Under the pieces are notes generated by a model that worked only from the letters and a program-made list of their open reading frames with translations, was not told the DNA's origin and did no database searches. DNA of 64,000 bases, from contig OX597838.1 of the NCBI GenBank assembly GCA_951406725.2, forward strand, positions 27,032,001 through 27,096,000, given 5' to 3'. Below, one piece after another: positions 14,226-24,988 of the stretch; position 1 is the stretch's first letter; each line of letters begins with the position of its first letter. Source of the stretch: Octopus vulgaris. Its lineage: Eukaryota. Position numbers and translations under genes: made by a program.

Positions 14226-14394
14226 TTAGAGGGAAACCACCATGTGGACACCCATATGCTAGAAATAGATTCGCTACTGTCTCACCACCAAGAAATGTTC
14301 TCAAGAAAAATCTCTTGAGAACATTTCTTGGTGGTGAGACCGTAGTGGATCTATTTCTAGCATATGGGTGTCCACATGGTGGTTTCCCTCTAAT
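14225..14394. repeat. Near-perfect hairpin with arms of about 82 bp
   Basis: ATTAGAGGGAAACCACC...TCTCAAGA-aaaatc-TCTTGAGA...GGTGGTTTCCCTCTAAT, with about 3 mismatches. Confidence 0.95.
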
Positions 14395-14734
14395 ATATAT
14401 ATAATGCAGTTTTACTGAACCTTCAGTTTTTTTATGCTAGACCACTGGTGTGAAATCGATGTTAATTAAATTAATATCTAATTTCTCACCCTTAATATAA
14501 ATTTAAAATTATACATATATATACATACACACACACACATATACATATGTATATGTATGTATATGTATATGTATGGATGTATGTGTATTTTTTCAATGTT
14601 TACAAATAACACGGAAAAATAAATAAATAGTTACCAAGGTAGCAAAAATTCACATAAGTACCAAGGATGTAACAGCCTACTTATTAAGGTAGAAACTCCA
14701 GGTTTTGGTGAAATGTTTTTAAATAACATAGATA

Positions 14735-15012
14735 AATAAATGAATGGAGTTAAATATAGGTGTTATTCAAATCTTTATACTTCTGACATATGTTTCGAAG
14801 AAAACATTGGTATTATTCCAGAAGGAATACAATTATGTAAAACAGTGCAATCGGTTAAAATGTCTTATTGATGCATTTTGTTTCTCTTTTTTCCCTTGAT
14901 GCATTGTTTTACATCATTTTATTCCTTCTGGAATAATACCAATGTTTGCTTCGATACATAGTCGGAAGTATAAAGATTTGAATAACACCTACATTTAACT
15001 CCATTTATTTAT
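14735..15012. repeat. Foldback with arms of about 115 bp
   Basis: GGTGTTATTCAAATCTTTATACTTC mirrors GAAGTATAAAGATTTGAATAACACC. Confidence 0.85.
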
Positions 15013-15077
15013 ATTATTTACATTAAATTACATTATTTAGATTTGACGGATATTTTTCCTAATCTTGTTTGTTGTTA

Positions 15078-15121
15078 ACACAACGTTTCGGCTGATATAC
15101 CCTCCAGCCTTCATCAAGTGT
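15078..15121 (-). ncRNA. Minimal hammerhead-ribozyme-like motif (C3U variant)
   Basis: Minus strand reads ACAC-TTGATGA-A-GGCTG-(10 nt)-CAGCC-GAAACGTT-GTGT: stem I, core, stem II and a short palindromic stem III. Confidence 0.6.
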
Positions 15122-15208
15122 CTTGGGGAAATTTCAAACCTGGGTTCTCATTCCTAAGGTATTTTTCAATGTTATTATTATCATTATTATTATTATTATT
15201 ATTATTAT

Positions 15209-15763
15209 TGAGTGAGTGAGCAGAGCATGCCATCAAAGTGACACTGGGGTAAAATATACGAAGCCCAGTATACCCATCATGACTACCCGTCTGATAAGGG
15301 TACACCAGGCACATGCATCACAACCATATGTGCACGACATGGTGATCTCATATCAAGATAAACAGCACATGACCTTGCAGGTGGAGCCCAGTTAGAATTT
15401 TCTTCAGATCGAGTAACCCATCCCGCTCAAAAGGTCCCTGAATAAGGGTTGTTTAAGGACGTTGAACGAAACACCCATGTTTCCAGAGGTGAACTATTCA
15501 AACCCCAAAGAATCCTTCTCAACACATGGCTATGATGCTCCCCCACTACTTCTGCTCATGATCAGAGATGCACATATCGTCAGCCACTAAGGGACATGCT
15601 CAACTGGTTAAGGTCAAACAACTGACAAGCAAATCTGGTATTGAGCAGAATATTTGCTGTAGCCCATCTTTTATACCAAGACAAAACAATGTACATGATA
15701 ACACTTCCAATCAGTTAAGATTAGAAGCCATGAGAGCCACTACCTGGTACTGCATCAGGACAC
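15209..15763 (-). mobile_element. Family D element nested within (AAT)n
   Basis: Matches 5203-5700 and is flanked on both sides by (ATT)n tracts. Confidence 0.8.
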
Positions 15764-15867
<104 letters not shown>

Positions 15868-16799
15868 CAGGTCACTGCCTGGAATCGAACTTGAAACCTC
15901 GGGGTTAGTACCCCACACTCTTAACCACTACCATTTATTTATTTGTCTATACATATATATATATATCTTTTATCTTTTACTTGAAATGGAGAAAAGTTAG
16001 TCTGAGTTTGAAAAGAAGAAGGAAGAAAAGGCGAAGAAAATGCAGGTGATAATATTTCGTGCTTATTTCACCTGAATAGGTATTTTCTGACTAACACAAA
16101 CACACCTTTAATTAACCTTTGGACAATATAGCAACAAAAAACAATAACACAAATAATAACATTAGTTTTATGACTCTTTGATTTGTTATACTAATCTCTC
16201 TCTCTCTCTCTCTCATTCTGTGTGTGTGTATACACACATACATATATATACACATATACATATATATACACACATAAAAATATATATATATATGTTTATC
16301 TATCTGCCTGTCTGTCCGTCTGTCAATCTATTTACCTATCTAGGTAGCTATCTGTTTGTCTATCTATGTCCACTGCATTCAGTTCACACACTCTTTCTCT
16401 CTCTCTCTCTCTCTCTCTCTTTAAACCCCCACAACCACCATTACCCCATCTACATTACCACAAGGAACCGCCTAAGCCTAACCGCAACAGGAATCACCTC
16501 AAACCCCACTTTACCCTTGTTGTTATTGTCGGGAGTTGTAAAACAGGCTGGCTTACTTGTTAAGTCTATTTAACATGAAAGAAGAAGCAGCAGCAGCAGC
16601 GGCAGCAGCAACAGCAGAAGAAGAAGAAGAAGAAGAAGAAGAAGAAGAAGAAGAAGAAGAAGAAGAAGAAGAAGAAGAAGAAGATACAATGGAAAAGCAA
16701 AAAAGAAATGAAATGGGAAAAACCCATGGCTGGAGAATGTCTTAGAGATGAAATGATGTGGAAAATAAATAATTGCAAAACATGAGCTTAGGGTCATGG

Positions 16800-16869
<70 letters not shown>

Positions 16870-16904
16870 ATGTATATATGTATATAAATCCATGACCCTA
16901 AACC

Positions 16905-16937
<33 letters not shown>

Positions 16938-18115
16938 TGGATACACACATACATACATGTGTATGTATGTGTGTGTATATATATGTATGTATATACATAC
17001 ATATATACATGTATATACATACATATCATTGCTATCCAGTCGCCTCACCTCTATATACCCAGGTTTTCACCACTCACTTCTCCTCCACACTCCCTAATCA
17101 CGCTTCTTTGGCAATATCCTGCCACTTACATTATGACCTTCAAACCTCCAAGGGTATACCCTGGCACTTGCCACCATCTGTATCTCTCTCTGCTTTTACT
17201 CAACCATCCCATTTATATTCTGATCCCCATCCCTTGTGAGTATGCCCAGCACTTTGCCACCATCTTTATCCTGCTCTCTCCCACACTCTCTCTCCTCCTC
17301 CTGCACTTCCCTCAGGTTGGGTAACCATGTATTGCCTTTGTGGCAGCGCACTTGTTTCTGTCTTCATTCCTGATCTGTCTGACTGTCTGTCTCTCCGGCC
17401 AGGTAATCTTGTACCTCCTCTGCAGCAAGACACCTGTTTCTGACACAAGATCACCTCCTCCAATGCCCTTCCCCTCTCAAAAGATTTTTGTCTTGCAGGT
17501 AAAGTGGTTGGCATTTGGAAAGGCATCCAGCTGTAAAAACCTTGCCAAAACTGACCTCGCTTGTACTTATGTCATGTAAAAGGCACTAGGTTCACTTTGC
17601 TGGGTGGTTGGTGTTAGGAAGGGCATCCAGCTGTAAAAACCCTGTCAAAACAGTCTCAGAAGTCTGGTACAAGCTTCTGCCTGGCCAGCTCCTGTCCAAC
17701 TATCCCACCCATGCCAGCATGGAAGGTGGACATTAAATGATGATGATGATGATGATGATATATATATATGTGTGTGTGTGTGTGATGGATGGCGAAATAA
17801 TAACAGGAGTGGGTCAGTACCATAAATTCTTTAGTTATTTGTTGTTTGTTGTTTTCTAATTGGAGAAGAAATTCCAGATATGGAAGCAAAACCTGGAATC
17901 AAAGGCCTTACATTTAACCCGGCAGAGACCAAAGTTGTTAGCAAGAAAGAAGATAAGGCTCTCTTTCCATCAGCTAAATGGTCCTGCTCAGTATGTAGGA
18001 AAGGAGTTGGTAGTAATTACATTTGCGAATGTTAAACGATGATGATGATAATGATGATGATGAAAATTACTATTTTTAAATCTCACAACGAGAGATATTC
18101 ATCAACAGTACTTTG

Positions 18116-18359
18116 TAGTAAAGATTGTTTGCCAACATAACATGGCAGTCCTGGTTTAGGACGAATGTTGCTGTAATTTAGCCCCAGGAGATATCATCTC
18201 TAGCTGGCTATACGACACGATCTGTGTCCTTGTTCGAAAGTATAAGGACACAGATTGTGTTGCATAGCCAGCTGGAGATGATGTCTCCTGGGGCTAAATT
18301 ACAGCAACATTCGTCCTAAACCAGGACTGCCATGTTATGTTGGCAAACAATCTTTACTA
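18116..18359. repeat. Near-perfect hairpin with arms of about 116 bp and a 12-nt loop
   Basis: TAGTAAAGATTGTTTGCCAAC...GTGTCCTT-gttcgaaagtat-AAGGACAC...GTTGGCAAACAATCTTTACTA. The mismatches are transitions. Confidence 0.95.
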
Positions 18360-18676
18360 TGATGATGATAATAATATATATATATAAAAATTGTCAAGAG
18401 TTCAGGTGTCAGATCATTGATGTTTGTTGTGCATTCCACAGTCGTTATTTGATTGCTGTTATTCTGTGTGTAAAGATCAGTTGTGTTTTGCAGGGTTGCT
18501 TTATTTTAACCCTTAACTTAGAAATGGAGAAAGACATAGTGATAGGGTATAAAAAAATAAGCCATTTGGGGCTAGAAATATTGCGGTAAAGCATGAAATT
18601 CTTCGAGCAGGCACGTGTCTTATGCGAAATCTGTGATGAGCCCAAGTGATGCTGATGACCTGGAGTTGCCTCTGAT

Positions 18677-18707
<31 letters not shown>

Positions 18708-19091
18708 TATGTGCGTGTGTGTGTGTGTGTACATAGACTTTATTGTCCACTATTCAGCACATTGAATCAGTTATTGGAATCATGTCTTTGTCAGGACGTT
18801 GATGCTGTCAAAGTTCGTGTGAAACTGTTTCACCCCATGTGACACAAAAACAATGTCTAGTGAGAATTAAAGAAAAGATGGGAAAAGATGGGAAAAAAGA
18901 ATAAAAGAAAGAAGTGGAGAGAAAAGTTGAGAGAGAGGGGGGGGAAAGAAAAGTAAGAGAGAGAAACCAGGGGATGGTGTAAATTTTTTGAAAGTATTTT
19001 TCCCAGTGCTCTATAATCAAAACATATTCACACCAAAATGACACGACGTTATTCACATTAAGTTACTTGTGAAATAAATAAATTTTTTTCA

Positions 19092-19250
19092 CGAGTGGCT
19101 GTGTGGTAAGTAGCTTGCTAAACAACCACATGGTTCCGGGTTCAGTTCCACTGCGTGGCATCTTGGGCAAGTGTCTTCTGCTATAGCCCCGGGCCGACCA
19201 ATGCCTTGTGAGTGGATTTGGTAGACGGAAACTGAAAGAAGCCTGTCATA

Positions 19251-19301
<51 letters not shown>

Positions 19302-19510
19302 GTTTGTGTTTGTCCCCCTAGCATTGCTTGACAACCGATGCTGGTGTGTTTACGTCCCCGTCACCTAGCGGTTCGGCAAAAAGAAACCGATAGAATAAGT
19401 ACTGGGCTTACAAAGAATAAGTCCCGGGATCGATTTGCTCGACTAAATGCGGTGCTCCAGTATGGTCGCAGTCAAATGACTGAAACAAATAAAAGAGAGT
19501 AAAGAGTAAA
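19092..19510 (+). mobile_element. Family A SINE directly upstream of the DYNC2LI1 promoter
   Basis: Same head, core and tail as 40025-40444. Confidence 0.9.
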
Positions 19511-19667
19511 AAGTATGTAAAAATCTTCCTTTTCCTTATTTTTCCATGTTAAACATCGAACAAACGATTCCTCTGAAGTCCTACTAACGATATACTTGTT
19601 AACACTGAAACAGAATCATTGATCCTGCAGTTAAATATCATCAGTTACTAATTACCTTCTCAAAGTG

Positions 19668-19682
19668 GTTTCCCTTGGTTAC
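19668..19682. promoter_or_regulatory. X-box (RFX binding site) in the DYNC2LI1 promoter
   Basis: GTTTCC-CTT-GGTTAC (reverse complement GTAACC-AAG-GGAAAC) fits the imperfect-palindrome RFX consensus. It sits about 100 bp upstream of the ATG of a ciliary IFT-dynein gene. Confidence 0.7.
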
Positions 19683-19782
19683 CAACACCCGTTAGGACGA
19701 AGTTTTTGCAAACTTTATTTCCCAAAGTTTATATTCCTCGTCGTTTTATAGAGGTGTGTCCTGTAAATGTTAACGTAGCGTC

Positions 19783-19793
19783 ATGCCGGCTGG
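19783..19793 (+). CDS. DYNC2LI1: DYNC2LI1 coding exon 1 (ATG CCG GCT GG|gtgagt; MPAG)
   Basis: ATG in gcgtcATGc context followed by a strong GTGAGT donor. Its phase-2 end matches the phase of exon 2, and an X-box lies about 100 bp upstream. Confidence 0.75.
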
Positions 19794-19888
19794 GTGAGTG
19801 GTTCTGCTTGTTATTCAGTTCCTTCTCTTTATATATCTGCTATTTAAAACCGCCGAAACCAGCCATACAACTAGTTACTGTGTGTATG

Positions 19889-20040
<152 letters not shown>

Positions 20041-20455
20041 TATATATATATTGGAAGGTTTGGAGATGATGTACAGGTATTATATATTAGAAGAAATGAG
20101 GTAATCAGAAGATCGGATGGTTTATATTTACAGATATTTATTTATATATTACATTTTTTACATATATATCATATCACTTATATATGTATATATATATATA
20201 TGTGTGTGTGTGTACACAAACATATATATAATGTCTGTTCGTTGTAAGCAACCGGGGTGTTCAACCAATGTTTACGTATGTTTATATGCGCGCACACGCA
20301 CACAGATAGATTGATAGATAACGTTACACAACATCCACGTTTGAGTGTGTTAAATTATGAGGTAATAAAAGAGAACCACTATGCTTGAAACACGCGAACT
20401 CACATAAAGAATCTTGGAAACCAAATCCAAAAACGAAATATATCTACATACGTCA

Positions 20456-20528
20456 GGTTTCATGGTGTAGTGGTTATCACGTCTGCTTCACACGCAGAAG
20501 GCCGCGAGTTCGAGCCTCGCCGAAACCT
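20456..20528 (+). tRNA. tRNA-Val(CAC), intronic, possibly a retrocopy
   Basis: Cloverleaf: acceptor GGTTTCA/CGAAACC (one A:C mismatch), D arm GTG..CAC, anticodon arm TCTGC-TTCACAC-GCAGA, T arm GCGAG-TTCGAGC-CTCGC. T6 run at 20534-20539. Confidence 0.85.
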
Positions 20529-20621
20529 GGGAATTTTTTCCGTCCAACCCGTGCTAGCGCGGAAAACGAACGTTAAACGATGATGATGATGATGACATAT
20601 GCATATAATAAATAAAATGCA

Positions 20622-21020
20622 TAGTGGCTGTGTGGTAAGTAGCTTGCTTACCAACCACATGGTTCCGGGTTCAGTCCCACTGCGTGGCATCTTGGGCAAG
20701 TGTCTTCTACTATAGCCTCGGGCCGACCAAAGCTTTGTGAGTGGATTTAGTAGACGGAAACTGAAAGAAGCCTGTCCGTATATATGTTTATATATATATG
20801 TATGTGTATGTGTGTGTATATGTTTGTGTCTGTGTTTGTCCCCCCAGCATCGCTTGGCAACTGATGCTGGTGTGTTTACGTCCCCGTAACTTAGCGGTTC
20901 GGCCAAAGAGACTGCCAGAATAAGTACTAGGCTTACAAAGAATAAGTCCTAGGGTCGATCTGCTCGACTAAAGGTGGTGCTCCAGCATGGCTACATTCAA
21001 ATGACTGAAACATGTATAAA
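20622..21020 (+). mobile_element. Family A SINE
   Basis: Same head, core and tail. Further full or partial copies near 1-60(-), 990-1240(+), 8905-9300(-), 23410-23525(-), 26200-26500(+), 30230-30385(+), 33568-34020(+), 51105-51880(-), 59440-59690(-) and 63540-63965(-). Confidence 0.88.
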
Positions 21021-21519
21021 ACAACACACACACGTAACTAGGAGGAATTTGACAGTGTCGGTCATCAAATTATATATTTGTGTATATGCCTACGTATACA
21101 ATGTATGTGTGTATTATAAATGCAAATTGAAATGGAGATTCCTTTTTAATAATTGAGACACCTTGTCAAAATCCTGACTGTGCTGTTGGTACACACATAA
21201 ACCCCATATAATGGCTCAGTGGTTAGAGTGTCGTGCTCACAGTCCGTGAGTTCGATTCCCGGACTGGGCTGTGTGTTGTGCTCTTGAGCAAGACTCTTTA
21301 CTTCACGTTGCTCCAGTTCACTCAGCTGTAGAAATGAGTTGTGACGTCACTGGTGCCCGGATTTATGCCTTGGAGGGGAACCTCCTAGGTGCAATCCCAT
21401 GATCACTCCTGACCAAAGGGGGTTTTTACCCTACACACACACACACACACACAGGTTTGCGTATGTAAAGATGCAATATAATTTGTGTTGTTTTTTTTTT
21501 CTTCTCTCCATTCCTACAG

Positions 21520-21572
21520 TCCTGGGCAGATTATATGGGATGTTGCTATTGAACTGGCAGACCAGAAGACAG
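21520..21572 (+). CDS. DYNC2LI1: DYNC2LI1 exon 2 (PGQIIWDVAIELADQKT)
   Basis: Polypyrimidine tract plus ctacag acceptor, ag|gtaagt donor, 53 nt. IWDVAIE resembles the N-terminal LWEIAK motif of D2LIC. Confidence 0.85.
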
Positions 21573-22376
21573 GTAAGTCGCTATAACGAGATACAGGTAA
21601 ACTTGAAAGAGGCACAGTGTCTTGAATGTAATGTGAATCTCCCCTCGGCCCCATGGAGGCCTTTAGAGCTGCCAGTACCCAGCTTAGGTTTCATGGTTTG
21701 GGGCAGCAAATGAGATGTATATCTCCTGGATGGGAAGCTGGGTGTTTTGTTGAACCAGCAACTTTTGAAACCTGATCAAGATGATGAAATGGGGGTTGCA
21801 CAAACCATTGAGAGAGAGAGCCACTGTGTGGTTGTTCCACCTGCTAGAAAACGCAGCCACATTTCCCTCCAATAAGACTTCCTAGCACCTTCAAGTGTTT
21901 CCATATGGAAAAGTTTTTTCGATATTACAAAGCAAACCCTCTGATGGACATCTCAAGGGAAATGGAAGCATGGCAGACCAAAAAGCAACAAGGGGAAGGA
22001 CCACAGAAACTGAAGGACTAGTAAGTGGTTACACTAGAGGGCCATCTACAGTCCATTGCCAAAGATCAAGACAGATGGGAATCTCTTGGTAATTCTATAT
22101 GAAATTAAAGGATTAAGAAAAGGAAGAATATTTTAAATTGGCAGGGTGTGAATTGAGGGAGACTTGGCTGCTATATTTAGCCAGTCAAACACTCTTCTAG
22201 GAGCTCATTTATATGATAGTAGTCATGGTGATGATAATAATTATTTCATATCTAGTGATGATGCTGCTGCTGATGGTAATGATAAGATGATGATGGTTGT
22301 AGTATAAGTAGCAGTAGTAGTAGTAGTAGTAACAGATGTGTCTATAATTCCCCTCAAACTGTTATATCTGTTCCAG

Positions 22377-22432
22377 TTGGTCCCCAGGTGGAGAAAGAGT
22401 CAACCATTCTCATCACCGGAGCAAAAGAATGT
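22377..22432 (+). CDS. DYNC2LI1: DYNC2LI1 exon 3 (VGPQVEKESTILITGAKEC)
   Basis: ttccag acceptor, gtaagt donor, 56 nt. Supplies the first half of the P-loop GAKECGKS. Confidence 0.88.
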
Positions 22433-22520
22433 GTAAGTCTACATTATTTAATAATCATCTGTGTTGTTTGAACTTTTATCATTCTTTACACACACACACA
22501 CACTCATACACACACACACT

Positions 22521-22621
<101 letters not shown>

Positions 22622-22994
22622 ATACACGCACAGATGCATTGGGCCTCATGGAAGCAATGACCAAGACCTGCGGCAATAGGCTACGTTTGAGTGGATGACC
22701 CATCAAGCCAAGAGAGATCGTAGTCGTAACAGACACTGGTGTCACACAACTGGCACCTGTGCCGGTGGCTTGTAAAAGCACCCACTACACTCTCGGAGTG
22801 GTTGGTGTTAGGAAGAGCATCCAACCGCAGAAACCATGCTGAATCAGACTGAGGTCTGATGCAGCAGCCTCAGCTTGCCGGCCCTGAGTTTTATATATAC
22901 AACATATATACAAATATATATCAATAAGCATATATGTATGTGTGTGTGTACATATGTTATATATATGTATATTATGTGTGTACATATAATATAT

Positions 22995-23114
22995 GTACAC
23001 GGCCATATCACGTTGAAAGCACCGGTGCTCGTCCGATCACCGAAGTTAAGCAACATCGAGCCAAGTTAGTACTTAGATGGGTGACCGCTTGGGAAACCTA
23101 GGTGCTGTAAGCAT
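22995..23114 (+). rRNA. 5S rRNA copy (probable pseudogene or retrocopy)
   Basis: ACGGCCATATCACGTTGAAAGCACCGG..CGTCCGATCACCGAAGTTAAGCAAC..GTTAGTACTTAGATGGGTGACCGCTTGGGAAACCTAGGTGCTGTAAGCAT. The first 4 nt do not pair with the 3' end, and there is no T4+ terminator directly after it. Confidence 0.9.
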
Positions 23115-24543
23115 ACATTTAAAATAGCGGTGCCCCAGCATGGCCACAGCTCGTGAGCTGAAACTAGATCAAATAAAAAAAATTTTTTTTAAATAAAATA
23201 AAATATGTGTGTGTGTTTATTTATATACACACACACACATATATATTTCAGTTTTGGATTTGGTTTGCAAGATTCTTTATATGAAATTTTAGGAAAATAA
23301 AAATAAGAAATAAGTGGAAATTTTACCAGTGAGTGTGTTACATTATAGGGAACAAAAAGAAAATGACTCTCCTCAGACACAACAGCATATATATATATAT
23401 ATATATATATGATGGGCTTCTTTCAGTTTCTGTCTACCAAATCCACTCACAAGGATTTGGTTAGCCTGAGGCTAAAGTAGAAGACATTTACCCAAGGTGC
23501 CATGCAGTAGGACTGAACCTGGAACTAATACATTATATATGTATATATATATTTATATAATCTTTTGTATTTTGTATAAATGCAGACGTGTAAGTAATCT
23601 ATCTATTATTAAATATGATAATATAAATTACTTCCATGTCTTTGAGTTATGAAACAATCGGTTATGATATTAGGGTTTTTCTTATTGTTAAATAAAAGTT
23701 CATCAAAATATTTCTGTCGTTTATGACTTTATATTTATTTATGATAATAAGATGAGAAAATAAGAGAGGCAATTAATAAATTATTATTTATTAATTAAAA
23801 AACTGACAAACATCCCTTACAGCTGTTTCAATTTCAGACCGTCAGAAAATTAATTTATTAAATTAAAAATTATACAAAATAGGCGGCGAGCTGGCAGAAA
23901 TGTTAGCATGCCGGGTGAAATGCGTAGCCATATTTCGTCTACCGCTACGTTCTGAGTTCAAATTCCGCCAAGGTTGGTTTTGCCTTTCATCCTTTCGGGG
24001 TCGATAAATTAAGTACCAGTTATACACGGGGTCGATATAATCGACTTAATCCGTTTGTTTGTCCTTGTTTGTAGTAAAGAAATAGGTATACAAAATAGGT
24101 GTTCAATTCCTGCTTGTTGAGTAAATGGCTGCAAAACCGTTAACTGATAAAATTTATACATAAAGAACATAGAATAAATAAATAAATATATATATATATG
24201 TATATTTATAAGCTTACAGCTTATAGGCAATCACTGTGAATTGACTAAAGAAAATAGTCTAATATTGGGGCATATAAACCTCGATGAATAAAAGTGGGTT
24301 TTCTATACACATGGGACTGAAACCTACACCTCTATGTTTTTGCGACATGTGAGAACCCCTGGACTGTCATAAATTTGCCATCCCTCAAACCATCCCTCTA
24401 CTTTTCAAATATAAAAACACAAACAACTCAACCAACACCCTCCCCATTTACTCCACTCTGATATACATTATTGTTCCATTTGATAGCATAAATATCTCAT
24501 GGAATGCTGGAGCATCTGTTGATTGCCTCCATTCCAGTGTATT

Positions 24544-24850
24544 GGTGGAGGCACATGGCCTAGTGGTTAGAGCAGCGTTCTCGCGGTTGAGGGATCGCAG
24601 GTTCGAATCTCAGACCGGGCGATGTGTGTGTTTATGAGCAAAACACCTAAGCCCCACGCGGCTCCGGTAGAAGGTAATGGTGAACTTCTGCTGACTCTTT
24701 CGCCACAACTTTCTCTCACTCTTTCCTCCTGCATCTTGCAGCTCACCTGCGACGGACCGGTGTCCCGTCCAGGTGGGGAACCTATACGCCAAGGAAACCG
24801 GGAAACTGGCCCTTATGACCCAGGCATGGCTCGAGAAGGAACAAACAACA
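24544..24850 (+). mobile_element. tRNA-Arg-like SINE (family C) with 13-bp TSD
   Basis: Head GGCACATGGCCTAGTGGTTAGAGCAGCG..TCG..GGTTCGAATC and an (AAC)-type tail. TSD ATTCCAGTGTATT at 24531-24543 and 24851-24863. Confidence 0.9.
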
Positions 24851-24953
24851 ATTCCAGTGTATTCTTTGTACTTTCTGTACCAGTTATATCATATGAAATA
24901 TTACTCTGAACAAAGCCGTTTTCTATAAATATTTAAATTCTTTTTTGTTGTAG

Positions 24954-24988
24954 GGGAAGTCGTCCATCTTGCCAATGTATCTAAATCA
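24954..24988 (+). CDS. DYNC2LI1: DYNC2LI1 exon 4 (GKSSILPMYLNQ)
   Basis: ttgtag acceptor, gtgagt donor, 35 nt. Completes the Walker A GxxxxGKS and is phase-compatible on both sides. Confidence 0.88.

Noticed and set aside
24544-24620. tRNA-Arg gene
   Set aside because: It is the head of a multi-copy SINE with a body, tail and TSD, and lacks a proper acceptor stem.
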